Origin: Pelagomonas calceolata
Lineage: Eukaryota
Direction of reading: 5' to 3'
Assembly: GCA_918797485.1 (NCBI GenBank)
Contig: CAKKNE010000006.1
Location: 3,224,001 to 3,288,000, forward strand
DNA length: 64,000 nucleotides
Shown here: positions 42,098 through 51,987 of the stretch, one piece after another
Layout of the letters: each line of letters starts with the position of its first letter
How positions within the stretch are numbered: position 1 is the first letter of the stretch
Notes under the pieces: generated by a model
Told to the model about the DNA's origin: nothing
Databases searched by the model: none
Seen by the model: only the letters and a program-made list of their open reading frames with translations
Position numbers and translations under genes: made by a program

Positions 42098-44159
42098 TTA
42101 CTCATCATCCTCGTCATCGTCCCCGTCGTCCTCGTCGTCCTCGTCCTCCTCGTCCACCTCCTCCTCGTCATCACTATAGAACGGGTCACCCTGGGAAACG
42201 CGCTCCAGCCCCTCCGCGTGGCGGTCGACGAGCTCCAAACAAGCGTCCGTGTTCGAGTTCGCCTCGCCCAGCGTGCGCCGGTACCGCTCGAGCGCCTCCC
42301 GCAAGACAGCAAGACTGTCGTCGTACCGCGCCAGCGCCGGTTCATTATACACCCTGGCGAGCTGCGTCATGTTCATGAGGCGGTGCTCAGAGTCCGGCTC
42401 GCCCATGGCCCTGTAGGCCTCGATATTTTCCGCGAACAACGCCGCGGCGGCGTGGGCGCTGCTTTCGTAGCCCGCCGCTTCCACCCTTTCGCGCGACTTT
42501 TTGGTAGTGGCACTCCAGCAGATCTGCGCGAGCTGACTTCGCGCATCCAACGTATCGGGGTGCGTGGCGCCCAGGACCTTGGCGAGCTTGGGCAGCGCCT
42601 GTGCGAAGATTGATGGGCGCGGGACGCCTGAAATTTACCACCCGGGGCCGCACGTCGGAACAAAGATCAAAAGCCTCGTTCCAATCACCGTCCTTGTCCT
42701 CCAAAATCCAGCCCGCGAGCGACGCGGCCGCCGTCAGAGTCACGGGATGCTCGTTCCCCAACTTGGAAGAAGCTCGATCCCGCGTCTCCCGAAACAGCGC
42801 CCCGGCCTTGCGCCAGGCCTCGCACTGCGCCTCCCACGCTTCCACAACTTCCGGCGCGCAGCACGTCGGCCGCGGCCGCTCGTGGCCCTCGGACCCATGC
42901 CACTGCGCATTGTCCGCCGCTTCGAGCTGCGCGCGACAGATCTCCTCGACGGGCTTTGAATCATGCTTCAGCGCGTTGGCGTCGTCGATACCTCGAAAAC
43001 TCTGCGCGATCGAGGCCGTCTTGTCCCGCCACAATAAGCGGGCCGCGTTGAGTGACGTCAGGTGCACGTCGAGGCACCGGTCGTACAACCGCGCCGCTAA
43101 TTCATACTCGTCCATGCCGCCATATCCTAAAAATCTAGCGAGGCCTTTTAGCCTAGGTACGTCCGTGCACGACGCGGCTAGGTCATTAACTAGACCTTCG
43201 AGCGACTTGTCGTGGCTGATGCCAATGTCCATGAGGTCCTTCATGCGGGAATCGACCTCGGCCATCGAACCCGCAAAATAACTCCGGAAGTACTCGTAGT
43301 AGTGGTGCGTCTTTTCTTTGTGCGCGATCACGGCCGCCAGGTGGAGTTGCAATTCACAAATATGCGACGTGTCGCCACTCGACACGCGCACGGAGTACAG
43401 CGCGTCCCGATACCCGTTAAACAGCGGTTCCGCAAATCGATTCTTCAACCGAACGACCTCGCATTTCTCCATGAGCTTGGAAGCTACAGCCACAAGCTGT
43501 TGCTCCTCATCGACGACGATGGAGCACCGATTCACATCCACCAATCGCGACGCGTCTCCCTCGTAGTCGTCTCGGATTTTTTCAGCTGCTCGAGCATGCC
43601 CCTTCGGTGGTGCCAGACACAGCCTCGTGAAGGGCAGGTCGTCCGTGAGCATCAGCTCCTCCCCGTCATGTGTTACTACTTCATCTGGATCTAAATCAGC
43701 AGCTTCGACGACACTGCGCGCAGCTTGCTCGAAGGCCGATCTTGTGCACTCGGCCGATTGATAAACGTCATCGATCGACATACCTTCAGCATGCCTCAGC
43801 ACGGCAGGCTTGAAGGACTGGTAGGAGTCCATGTAGGATCTAGGTAAAACTCGTTCAGCAGTGGCGTCGATCTCGTGTTTTGCTGCTATAAAATCTTTTA
43901 CGTTCGCAAAAAACTCTTCTGCTTTTTTTCCGACGCGGACCTTCTTCTGGCGCAGTCGGCTGCGCAGGACTTTCGCCGCCTTGGGGCCGGCGATTTCCTC
44001 TAACGCTGATTTGTCGTTCATGAAGCGGCGCCTTGCGCGCTTGCCCGTTATTCTGTGCTCGCGTACATACGCCGCGAGCTTGCGTTGGTCGTCCGCTTCT
44101 AACTCAGGATCATCTTCGACGAACTTGGCGACGTACTCGAAGGAGCCACCGGCGCCCAT
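42098..44159 (-). CDS. RelA/SpoT-like nucleotidyltransferase domain + TPR-like repeats, possible N-myristoylation (~668 aa), 1 intron
   Basis: MGAGGS start; K..RAAEKI..DY...RLVDVNRCSIV, RLKNRF, GYRDAL, ICELQLH; C-terminal LGNEHPVTL and LGATHPDTL repeats; intron 42599-42653. Confidence 0.8.
42599..42653 (-). mobile_element. introner-like intron, degenerate TIR class (55 bp)
   Basis: GTGCGGCC...AAATTTCAGGCG...CGCACAG|GCGCTGCC (6/8 flank match); restores frame into the TPR repeats. Confidence 0.75.
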
Positions 44160-44398
44160 GGTGCTGCTCCCGTCTGTGCTTTGCTGGCACGCCGCGGCGG
44201 CGTCTGATGCTGGCGCTCTGTGAGTGAGGGTGCTATGACAGTATGTACAGTGTCTCTGCGCGCAGGGCTGCCCCTGCAAGTCGAACAAAGCGTGCGCTCG
44301 TTACTAGGGCGTTGAACGCGCTCTGCGGGTAGTGTGCTTGTGTGCTCTGCAAGTGCTCTGCGGGCAGAGCACCACTATTTTCACTCGAGCAAAGCTTG

Positions 44399-44421
44399 CT
44401 AGTGTCTTTACAGTCCGCTAG
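44399..44421. promoter_or_regulatory. recurrent upstream motif copy
   Basis: CTAGTGTCTTTACAGTCCGCTAG upstream of 44159. Confidence 0.6.
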
Positions 44422-44702
44422 CCCAAGAGCGGCGGATTTTTCGATTATCAGTCTTGACAGGACTCGTGAGCGGCGGAGCAGAGGCATGGAGCGCGAGCAG
44501 AGGCGCGACGGCGGCGGCTTATCGCAAAACAAGGCAGAGTTACCATAGCATTTTGAGGAGGCATCGGCGGCGTCGCTGCCCTACGACGGCGGCTCGCCCT
44601 ACGCGTAGCTCGCCCATGTGTGTCTCCTGTCACATGCCAAGTATCATGTCCGCGCCGTGCGCGCGTGATGTCCCGATTGATGTCCCCCCGTCGTTATAAA
44701 AT

Positions 44703-45056
44703 GTGGCGCGCCCGCCGGCGTTGCGCCCTCGTGCTATTGGCGAGTTACGGCGCTACGCAGAAGCCAAGACTCTGATGCGCAAAATGATGCCCGTGGCGCG
44801 ACGCGTTCTCGGAGAAGGGCATAGAGTCACGCTCAAGATGAGGCACTGTTACGCGCGTGCGCTCTACCTGGATGCTAGCGCCACGCTCGACCATATCCGC
44901 AAAGCCGTGGAGACGCTCGAGTCTGTCGCACGGTCGTGGAAGCAAGTATTCGGCGAAGCGCATCCCGAGACGCCGCAGGTCCAGGCGGCGCTGGAAGACG
45001 CGCGCGAGGTGCTGGCCACGCGCGCCGCGGCTTCGTCGGCGGGCCGCGTGATGTGA
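44703..45056 (+). pseudogene. truncated TPR-like repeat gene fragment
   Basis: YAEAKTLMRKMMPVARRVLGEGHRVTL...VFGEAHPET; only the C-terminal repeats are present, with a GTG ORF start. Confidence 0.6.
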
Positions 45057-45213
45057 TAAGTTTGAAGCACCCTCTGCTTTTCTGAGCACCCCTAGTGGGG
45101 CAGTCATACGGGAGTCTAGCCCTATGGGAGTCCCTCGAGTCGACGAGACGCGTAGGCGCGCTCACTAGACGCCATCGACGCGCCCCGAGAGGCGAGAGGC
45201 ACAAGAATCCAAG

Positions 45214-48069
45214 TTAGTACAACCCAACCTTCCGCTTCGCGAGCGCCTGGCGCCACTTCGGCCACGCGCTAAATGCGGTCGCTCCCACGCCGAAGGCGGC
45301 GCGGAACGCGTTGGGCGACAGGTGCCGCTCGCGCCGCGACGCGTCGACGCCCGTCGGAAGCTTGCTCGCGTCGACGGCGAGCGCGGCCAGCGCGTAGCAT
45401 ACTACCGCTTCCTCGGCGGGCTCGGCTCGCGCGTCCGACTCGAACGCGATCGGCTCGTAGCGGCCCGGCTTCGCGAGCTTCGCGTAGAAGTCGAGGGCCC
45501 GCGCCGACGCGGCGGTCTCGTCACCTTCGAGCTGGGCGAGCTCGTCGGCGGCCTTCCGCCGCGCCGCGTCCGCGCGCCGCCTTCCGAGCTCGTCGCGTAG
45601 CGCCGCGTCCTTCTCCCGCAGTTCAGCGGCCGCGGCGATGGCGTCCGCGACGGCGCGCCGCGCGTCGGCCACGTCGCCGCCCTCGCGGGCCGCTTTCAAC
45701 ATGACGACCGCGTGATTCAGCGCCCGCGCCGCCGCTTTGACGGCAGTGTCCACGTCATCCCCCAAACCATCGCGCCGCGCCGCGTCTCTAGTAGAGGCCG
45801 TCGCCGTGTCCGCCTGGCTCAGCCGACCTTGCAGCCTATCACAAGCCTCGTTTCGCGCAGCAGCTTCGAGCAAGGCGGTACACGCCGCCGCATGAGCAGA
45901 AGCCGCGTCCTCGAAGGCGTCGGCCGCGGCCAAGGCCCCTTCGATGGGTCCGTCCTCGGCCGCCGAGGCGATCGCCTGGGCCGCGACGGCGCCGCACGCC
46001 CGCGCGTGCTGGAGCTCTTCGATTGCGTCCGCTCTCAATGCGCGCTTGTTGAGGGAGTCCTCGATCCTAAACAGGCGCTGGGCGAGCGCCGCGCGCTCCT
46101 CCAAGTGAGCCGCGGCCTTGACACGAGCCTTCTCGTGCTTGACGTGAGCTTTGTGGTCCGCCTCGACGGCTTTCAACACGGCCTCGACGGCGTTGTTGAC
46201 GTGGGCCTCCAGCGCCGCGTGAGCCTCGCGCCGCGCTTTCGTCCTCATTGATGCCGCGTCGTCGGCCGCGGTCGCCGCCTTTGACGCCGCGTCGGCCGCT
46301 TTTGATACTGCCTGGGTCGCCTCGTCGATTGATGCTTCCGCGTCGTCTCCATTTGATTTCTGAGCCTTCGCGATGGCGTCTTCCGCTACCCTTTTCGCGT
46401 CGAGGGCCGCCGCATCTTTCGAAGCGTCGCGGGGCGCTTCTGAACGTAGCCGGTCGAGGTCGCGCGACGCTTTCATCGCCGCGCGACACGCGGCTTCGGC
46501 TTTACTGACGGCTGGCAATTCCTGGGGGTCGTACGGGTTGTCAACGGTGCCAGACTCCTGCCCCTGGAGCTTGATCGCATTCAAAGGCCCGACCGCGTCG
46601 TTGTGCAGCCGTTCGAGCGCGTCCGTCGCGTCTAGTTCTGGAGACGAGGGACTCCCCATCTCCAGATTATCAAGGTCAACCGCGAGCTTCGCCAGCGTCG
46701 CCCGCCGCCTTTTCGACCGGGCGTCGAGCGCACTCACAACGAGCTTCATGGCCCGCTGCGCCTTCTCGCAGTCCGGCCTTCGTAGGATCACCTGCTTGAA
46801 GGCCGCGCGGCTCTTGACCAGAAGTCCCGCGCGGAACGCGGCGTAGCCCAGGTTATGTAATGCATCAGCATCGTCATCAATAGACGCGAGCTCGTAGTTC
46901 TCGACAGCTTCATTCCAATTCTCGGAAGCGAGGTGCACGTCGGCCAGCGCCGCCCACGCGCGCCCAAAGTCGGGCCCTTTGCGAGCTCCTGCTTCGTCAT
47001 CCATCCCAGCGACCATGGAGTAGTCGACGAGGGCCTGGAAGCCTTGTGTAGCTTTGTCAAGATTTCCCGACCGCGCGTCGCAGACGGCGACGTTGAACCG
47101 CGCGTCGAAGTGCTCCTTATGATGCGCGTATTTCTGCGACGCCACCACCGAGAAGTGGCGCCGCGCATGTAAAATATCACCGGACGCGAGGGACGCGACG
47201 CCGGCGCGGCACCGCGCTGTTGCCACGGCGTCCGTCACGTCCTTAGTGGTCATCTTCGACGCGGCGGCGTCTAAATCATCAACACCTGATGCGTGCTGGC
47301 CCAGTCGCGACTTCGCCAGGCCCCTCCAGTACAGGACCTCGGCGTCGACTTCCAACGCTTCGAGCGCTTCTAATGCCTCGGCGTCTCTCCCAGCAGCGAC
47401 GAGCGCCTCTACCCTACAACGCGCCGCCGCGTCCCGCACATGCTTCGTCTCCGCCCGCTCACATGCTTGTGCGAAGGCCTCTATCGCTTCATTCGCGTCG
47501 CCCAGATGTCTCCTACATTCGCCCAGGACGTGCCAGGCGGCCGCGAAGTCCTCTTTTGATTCCAGCGCCGCTTCGACGCACTGCGCACTTCTAGCATAGT
47601 CCTCGCCCTTGTACCAATGCAAACCAGCCCCGTACAGCGCGTGGAACCTTATTTCTTCTGAACAGGGCTCCTCGAGATCAATCTCCTCGAATCTATAAGC
47701 GGCTGACGCGTGCTCCCGCGTCGTCGTCGCACGCACCTCCTGCGCCTCGCGTATCGCATTCACTTTCTTCTCGAGGCGGATGCTGTCCGCGTTGCGCTGC
47801 GCCGCCGCTAATAGTGGAGGCGGTGATTCAGGAAGCGCCCTTAATACGTCGTACGTCGCGAGGGCTCGGTCCAGCTCCCTCAAACCCTTCCACTCGCAGA
47901 CCATGCGCACCATCAATGAGGTCGGCGAGTCCTCTTCTTCGCCGTCGAGGAGTCGGAGGGCCTGGTCGTACCTGCCCTGCTGCGCGAACCTATTGGCTTG
48001 GACCAATGCCGCGCTCGCCATCGTCGGCTCCGACGTCTGGTAGAGGGGCTTGGGGCTGAAGCAGGCCAT
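45214..48069 (-). CDS. TPR-repeat protein with C-terminal villin headpiece
   Basis: Multiple TPRs (AAWHVLGECRRHLG, ARFNVAVC, ALHNLGYAA), Ala-rich coiled region, headpiece RERHLSPNAFRAAFG...WPKWRQALAKRKVGLY. Confidence 0.85.
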   Translation of the reverse strand: MACFSPKPLYQTSEPTMASAALVQANRFAQQGRYDQALRLLDGEEEDSPTSLMVRMVCEWKGLRELDRALATYDVLRALPESPPPLLAAAQRNADSIRLEKKVNAIREAQEVRATTTREHASAAYRFEEIDLEEPCSEEIRFHALYGAGLHWYKGEDYARSAQCVEAALESKEDFAAAWHVLGECRRHLGDANEAIEAFAQACERAETKHVRDAAARCRVEALVAAGRDAEALEALEALEVDAEVLYWRGLAKSRLGQHASGVDDLDAAASKMTTKDVTDAVATARCRAGVASLASGDILHARRHFSVVASQKYAHHKEHFDARFNVAVCDARSGNLDKATQGFQALVDYSMVAGMDDEAGARKGPDFGRAWAALADVHLASENWNEAVENYELASIDDDADALHNLGYAAFRAGLLVKSRAAFKQVILRRPDCEKAQRAMKLVVSALDARSKRRRATLAKLAVDLDNLEMGSPSSPELDATDALERLHNDAVGPLNAIKLQGQESGTVDNPYDPQELPAVSKAEAACRAAMKASRDLDRLRSEAPRDASKDAAALDAKRVAEDAIAKAQKSNGDDAEASIDEATQAVSKAADAASKAATAADDAASMRTKARREAHAALEAHVNNAVEAVLKAVEADHKAHVKHEKARVKAAAHLEERAALAQRLFRIEDSLNKRALRADAIEELQHARACGAVAAQAIASAAEDGPIEGALAAADAFEDAASAHAAACTALLEAAARNEACDRLQGRLSQADTATASTRDAARRDGLGDDVDTAVKAAARALNHAVVMLKAAREGGDVADARRAVADAIAAAAELREKDAALRDELGRRRADAARRKAADELAQLEGDETAASARALDFYAKLAKPGRYEPIAFESDARAEPAEEAVVCYALAALAVDASKLPTGVDASRRERHLSPNAFRAAFGVGATAFSAWPKWRQALAKRKVGLY

Positions 48070-48298
48070 GCTTGCTGGCGGTCACGGACTGCCTTTTTTG
48101 TTGTTTGCGTGAAGGGCTTGTGCTAATGCTGCCCAGCTCTGGGCAGAGGGACTCACTGGTCTGGAATGCTTGTTTTTGGCTGCCCTTCGATAGCCTGCCG
48201 CCCGTGACGGCTTATGCGAGATCGCTTGTGGCTGGTGCTGATGCCCGCGCCTGGATTTTAACTCCTTTACGCGTTCACGAGGAACAGTCAAAAGTGCG

Positions 48299-48320
48299 CT
48301 AGTGTCTTACATGCCGCTAG
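48299..48320. promoter_or_regulatory. recurrent upstream motif copy
   Basis: CTAGTGTCTTACATGCCGCTAG between divergent starts 48069 and 48505. Confidence 0.6.
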
Positions 48321-48504
48321 CTAATTCACAGGCGAGCGCGCAGCTCCGTGTGTTGCGCCGCTGCGTGGCCTAGCACACCGCCGCGCAGTCGGTGGCATCT
48401 ATTCTAGAGCGTTTGCGCACGTCGCATCGCTCGCTGCCGCCGCCGCGGCCCGATAACACTGCGTAGCCCAGCGCCCCCGGCCTTGCACAGCGCGGCGCGC
48501 AGCG

Positions 48505-49599
48505 ATGGCCGAGGTCGGTTCAATAAGAGGCGGCGACGGCTCGATCCCCGGCGAAGAGGTTGAGATCAAGAAGGAGCCCCAGTTCCTGCAACCGCTCGTC
48601 GCGACCGCCGTCTTGAGCGCTATGGCCCCCACGCGCGGCTTTCCGGAAATCAACGACCTGCGACGCTTAGTACTAGCCGCCGAACCGACGAAGACCTACA
48701 CGATCCCGAGCCAAGTCGAACCGAAGTACACGTGCGACGTGTGTGGCAACCGCGACCAGACCAAATTCCTCCACGAGTCCAAGGACGGAGATGTAGTGTG
48801 TCTGGGCATCGGCGACCAGGGCTGCGGGAATGTCGTCGAGGAGCACAAGCTGTTCGAGGGGAATCAATTTAGGAAGTTCGAGGGTCGCCCGCGGCGTCCC
48901 TTCCGATGACGCCATCGATGCGACGGCCGCGGAGCATCCAAGCCACCCCCACGCCATCGCCGCGACTTCAAACTGCATCGCGATCGCGACGCCGTTCCTC
49001 ACGCAGGCGAGGAGGACAAGTCGCATCACGGTCCGGCACCGAACAAGTTGTACAGTGCAGCACATAATATGAAGACGTCCCTCGTGCCGACCGGTGGCGC
49101 CGGTGGCCAGCGCGCCTCGCGCCTGCGCCAGGCCTCCGAAACCATGGAGATGGGCCTTTCTAACCTGGGCACTGATGAAAGGAAGACGCGTACAGGTTAT
49201 AAAGATCAAATGAAAAAGAAGGCCTTCGACCTCATCGCGCACGCGGCCTCGAACCTCAATCTCCACGATTCGGTAGTAGGACGGGCCCAAGAGCTCTTCG
49301 CGAACTACCGCGACGAGCGCGAGTTCGTCCAGAAATTCGACGGGGTTGTTGCGGCTTGCGTCATCCAGGCGGCCGAGGAGTCGGCGCGCGACGCCCTCGG
49401 GGCGTCGGAGGCGGATGCTGCTCCGGTGATCCCCAAGCCCACCGTGGTCAGTCGCACGCAGCAGTTATTGATGCGGCCCGTGGCGACGCAGAAGCGGAAG
49501 GCGTCGGGGTCGGCGCCCGCGCCGAAGCGCGCGGCGCGCGCGGGGAAGTCGTGGCTGGACGACCTCGGGGACATCGAGGAGGAGGACAGCGATAGTTGA
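48505..49599 (+). CDS. TFIIB-family protein (zinc ribbon, B-reader, one cyclin fold; ~323 aa), 1 intron
   Basis: CDVC...GDVVC...GCGNVVEE, FRKFE|GEEDKSH, KKAFDLIAHAASNLNL...AQELF...VVAAC; intron 48884-49006. Confidence 0.8.
48884..49006 (+). mobile_element. introner-like intron (123 bp)
   Basis: GTCGCCCGCGGCGTCCC...ACGCCATCGATGCG...CACGCAG. Confidence 0.82.
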
Positions 49600-49638
49600 C
49601 GTAAGAGTTTTAAACGGGAGTGGTCGGGGGGGAATCTA

Positions 49639-50091
49639 CTAGGCCTTCTCCACGGCGAGCTGGAAGCCCTCCTCCTCGTTGGCCCGCGGCACGACCAAAT
49701 CTTCCCCCGCATTCTCTAACTCCTTCTTCATCGCCGCCACCTCCTCGGCGGTCACGGGGTTCGGCGCCGCGGCGACGGACCGCTCGACGAAGACTTTGGC
49801 GGCCCGCTCGCGCGCGGCCGCCCGCGAGGCCTGGTTGTGCTGGTTTCGCTGCGCGCGGCCGAAGGAGCCCTCACCTGCGGCAGCGCCCCCCTTGCGGAAG
49901 GACCGCGGCCGCTTCGCCTTCAGTTCAGTCGAGAAAGCGTCTCTTTCAAGCGGCTTGAAGACCTCCGAGTCCGCGGGCGGCGCGGGCACGTCTTCCCGCG
50001 GCGACGTCGCCTGGTAGATCTCCCTGCCTAGAGAATCGACGTAGGGGCCGCTGCGGTCCTTCTTTTTTGGGGGAGGCGGCGGCGCGACCAC
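49639..50091 (-). pseudogene. orphan terminal exon of an unidentified gene
   Basis: 150 coding-like codons begin right after an element-type acceptor (TGATTTCCACACAG); no upstream exon or donor recognisable. Confidence 0.45.
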
Positions 50092-50405
50092 CTGTGTGGA
50101 AATCAAAGTTCGGCCGCCCGCGCCATCCTGACCTTTTTTCACTTTTTTGAGTCTAGCGAGCGCTGTTCTCGCAAGAGCCGCTATCAGGCTTTTTTCGGCG
50201 TAGAATTAACCGCGCGCGCCCTCGTGAAACGCGGATATCCCGCAGTTGCAAACGTGGCGTGAAAAAAAAAAGGTCGTGCTAGTGTAGTGACACACTAGGA
50301 TGGCTGCCATTTTTGGCGCTGTAGAGCTGCGGCTTGCGACGGAGCAAGCGCGAGCCACCGCGTCGACGCGCGTCGCGGAGGCGCCCAGTGGGGCAGCCCC
50401 AAACC

Positions 50406-50999
50406 ATGACCACCGACGGCTTCCTCGCCGTCCGCAACGGCAACCTGCCCCTGCTCAAGCATCTCATCGCAGAGAAGAAGACCAGCCTCACGCATACGAG
50501 GTGGAGCGGCATGACATTGCTCCATCGCGCGGCGGACGTCGCCCAGGTCGAGATCATCAAGTACCTGATGGAGCTCGGCGCCGACGCCTCGGCCAAGACG
50601 TTTCGAGGCGGCGACACGCCGTTGCATCTGGCCGTGAGCGCGGGCCACGAAAAAGCCGCGATGGCGCTGCTCGAGGGCGGCGCGCCCTGGGTGCCCTCGA
50701 AGCAAAAGCCGAAAATGGCCGTCAATAATCGAGGGGAAACGCCGATGAGGACCGCGGTACGCAAGGGCTACCAGCTCATGGCGCAGCGGTTAGAACTGCA
50801 GTACTACATCCTTGACGGGCAGCGACAAAAAGCCAAGGCCGCCGAGGCGCGGGCGCGCAAGTCGCGCGAGCCCACGCCGAATCCCACGCCGCGGCCGCCT
50901 CCGATTAATGAGGAGCGGTCCGAGGCGACGGGCCCGCCCTGGGTGCCGGAGCCGTCCCTGCCCGAGGCCGCGCCGCCCGCGCCGGCGGGGATAAGCTAG
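50406..50999 (+). CDS. ankyrin-repeat protein
   Basis: GMTLLHRAA, GDTPLHLAVSAGH, NNRGETPM. Confidence 0.88.
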   Translation: MTTDGFLAVRNGNLPLLKHLIAEKKTSLTHTRWSGMTLLHRAADVAQVEIIKYLMELGADASAKTFRGGDTPLHLAVSAGHEKAAMALLEGGAPWVPSKQKPKMAVNNRGETPMRTAVRKGYQLMAQRLELQYYILDGQRQKAKAAEARARKSREPTPNPTPRPPPINEERSEATGPPWVPEPSLPEAAPPAPAGIS

Positions 51000-51017
51000 T
51001 GTTTTTGTGACTTACAC

Positions 51018-51734
51018 TTACACGCGCCACTCGAAGCGCTCGTCGTCGGCGAGCGTGGCGGGGGCTAGCTCCCAGTGTGGGACTTGATGGACTTGATGTA
51101 TTGCACCATTCTCAGGCTCGTAATGGACTTTCAGAACATGAGGAATACTACCATCCTCATTGCGACAGCGGCGAAAAGGCAAATGAGAGGCGTGGGAACT
51201 TAGATGCAACAACCACGGTGTCGAAGCCTCTAATAGGTGATTGGGCGTCATTATAAGGACCGAAGTATTGTTGTACATCTGATAAGTCAAGAAAGCTTGA
51301 TATCTGCCGGTCGGATATCCACGACTTGGGTGATCACAAATGTTTCCATAGTCGCCGCCCCACTGAGAGTTAGGCTGGATGGCAAATGTGTCGGCCTGGC
51401 GGCGCGACACGAAGCAAGCATTGGGTCGAATATCCACGATAGTATGTTCCCCGTGGGGATAGAAAAACCTCAAATGCTTTGGCCCGCCGCCAGGCCGCAA
51501 CAGATAGTACGGGCAACGCCGCAGAGCGACCGCGACGTGGCGCCAGCTCGGTCTGAACTCGGCCATCCCGCGGTTCCCGCCCATCCAGCGACACTTGCCA
51601 AGCCGGACGGCGGCGCACTCCATCGATGTGGCCTGCAGGGAGGAGCTGACCACCTCGAGTCTCCACCCATGCTCTTCCCCCGCGCATGCTACGATGACGT
51701 CCAGGATGACAGCCGGGAGCTCGCCGAGGCTCAT
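51018..51734 (-). CDS. hypothetical protein with F-box-like N-terminus
   Basis: MSLGELPAVILDVIV...LEVVSSSL; 238-aa ATG ORF. Confidence 0.5.
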   Translation of the reverse strand: MSLGELPAVILDVIVACAGEEHGWRLEVVSSSLQATSMECAAVRLGKCRWMGGNRGMAEFRPSWRHVAVALRRCPYYLLRPGGGPKHLRFFYPHGEHTIVDIRPNACFVSRRQADTFAIQPNSQWGGDYGNICDHPSRGYPTGRYQAFLTYQMYNNTSVLIMTPNHLLEASTPWLLHLSSHASHLPFRRCRNEDGSIPHVLKVHYEPENGAIHQVHQVPHWELAPATLADDERFEWRV

Positions 51735-51797
51735 TTCTGATCGATGGGCAGCGCGCGCGGGCGCAACACACTGACCCGAGAGGAGGCTCCTCCAGGG

Positions 51798-51818
51798 CTA
51801 GAGTCTTCATGCCGCTAG
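51798..51818. promoter_or_regulatory. recurrent upstream motif copy
   Basis: CTAGAGTCTTCATGCCGCTAG between divergent starts 51734 and 51988. Confidence 0.55.
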
Positions 51819-51987
51819 CTACGTCTGCCTTTGGCTCGCGCTTTTTGCCATCGCTTACCGTACGACTGGTGCAGTAGTTGCGAAACATATCCGTTTTACC
51901 TCAACTACCAGCTGCAACGCGCAAAAGAACGCGTGGCAGCTCGCAGCTCTCAAAAAAGCCAGCACACATTCACCGCTCTCACAAGCC

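Noticed and set aside
42102..42172. (TCG/TCC)n microsatellite-like tract
   Set aside because: It simply encodes the Asp/Glu tail of the minus-strand protein.
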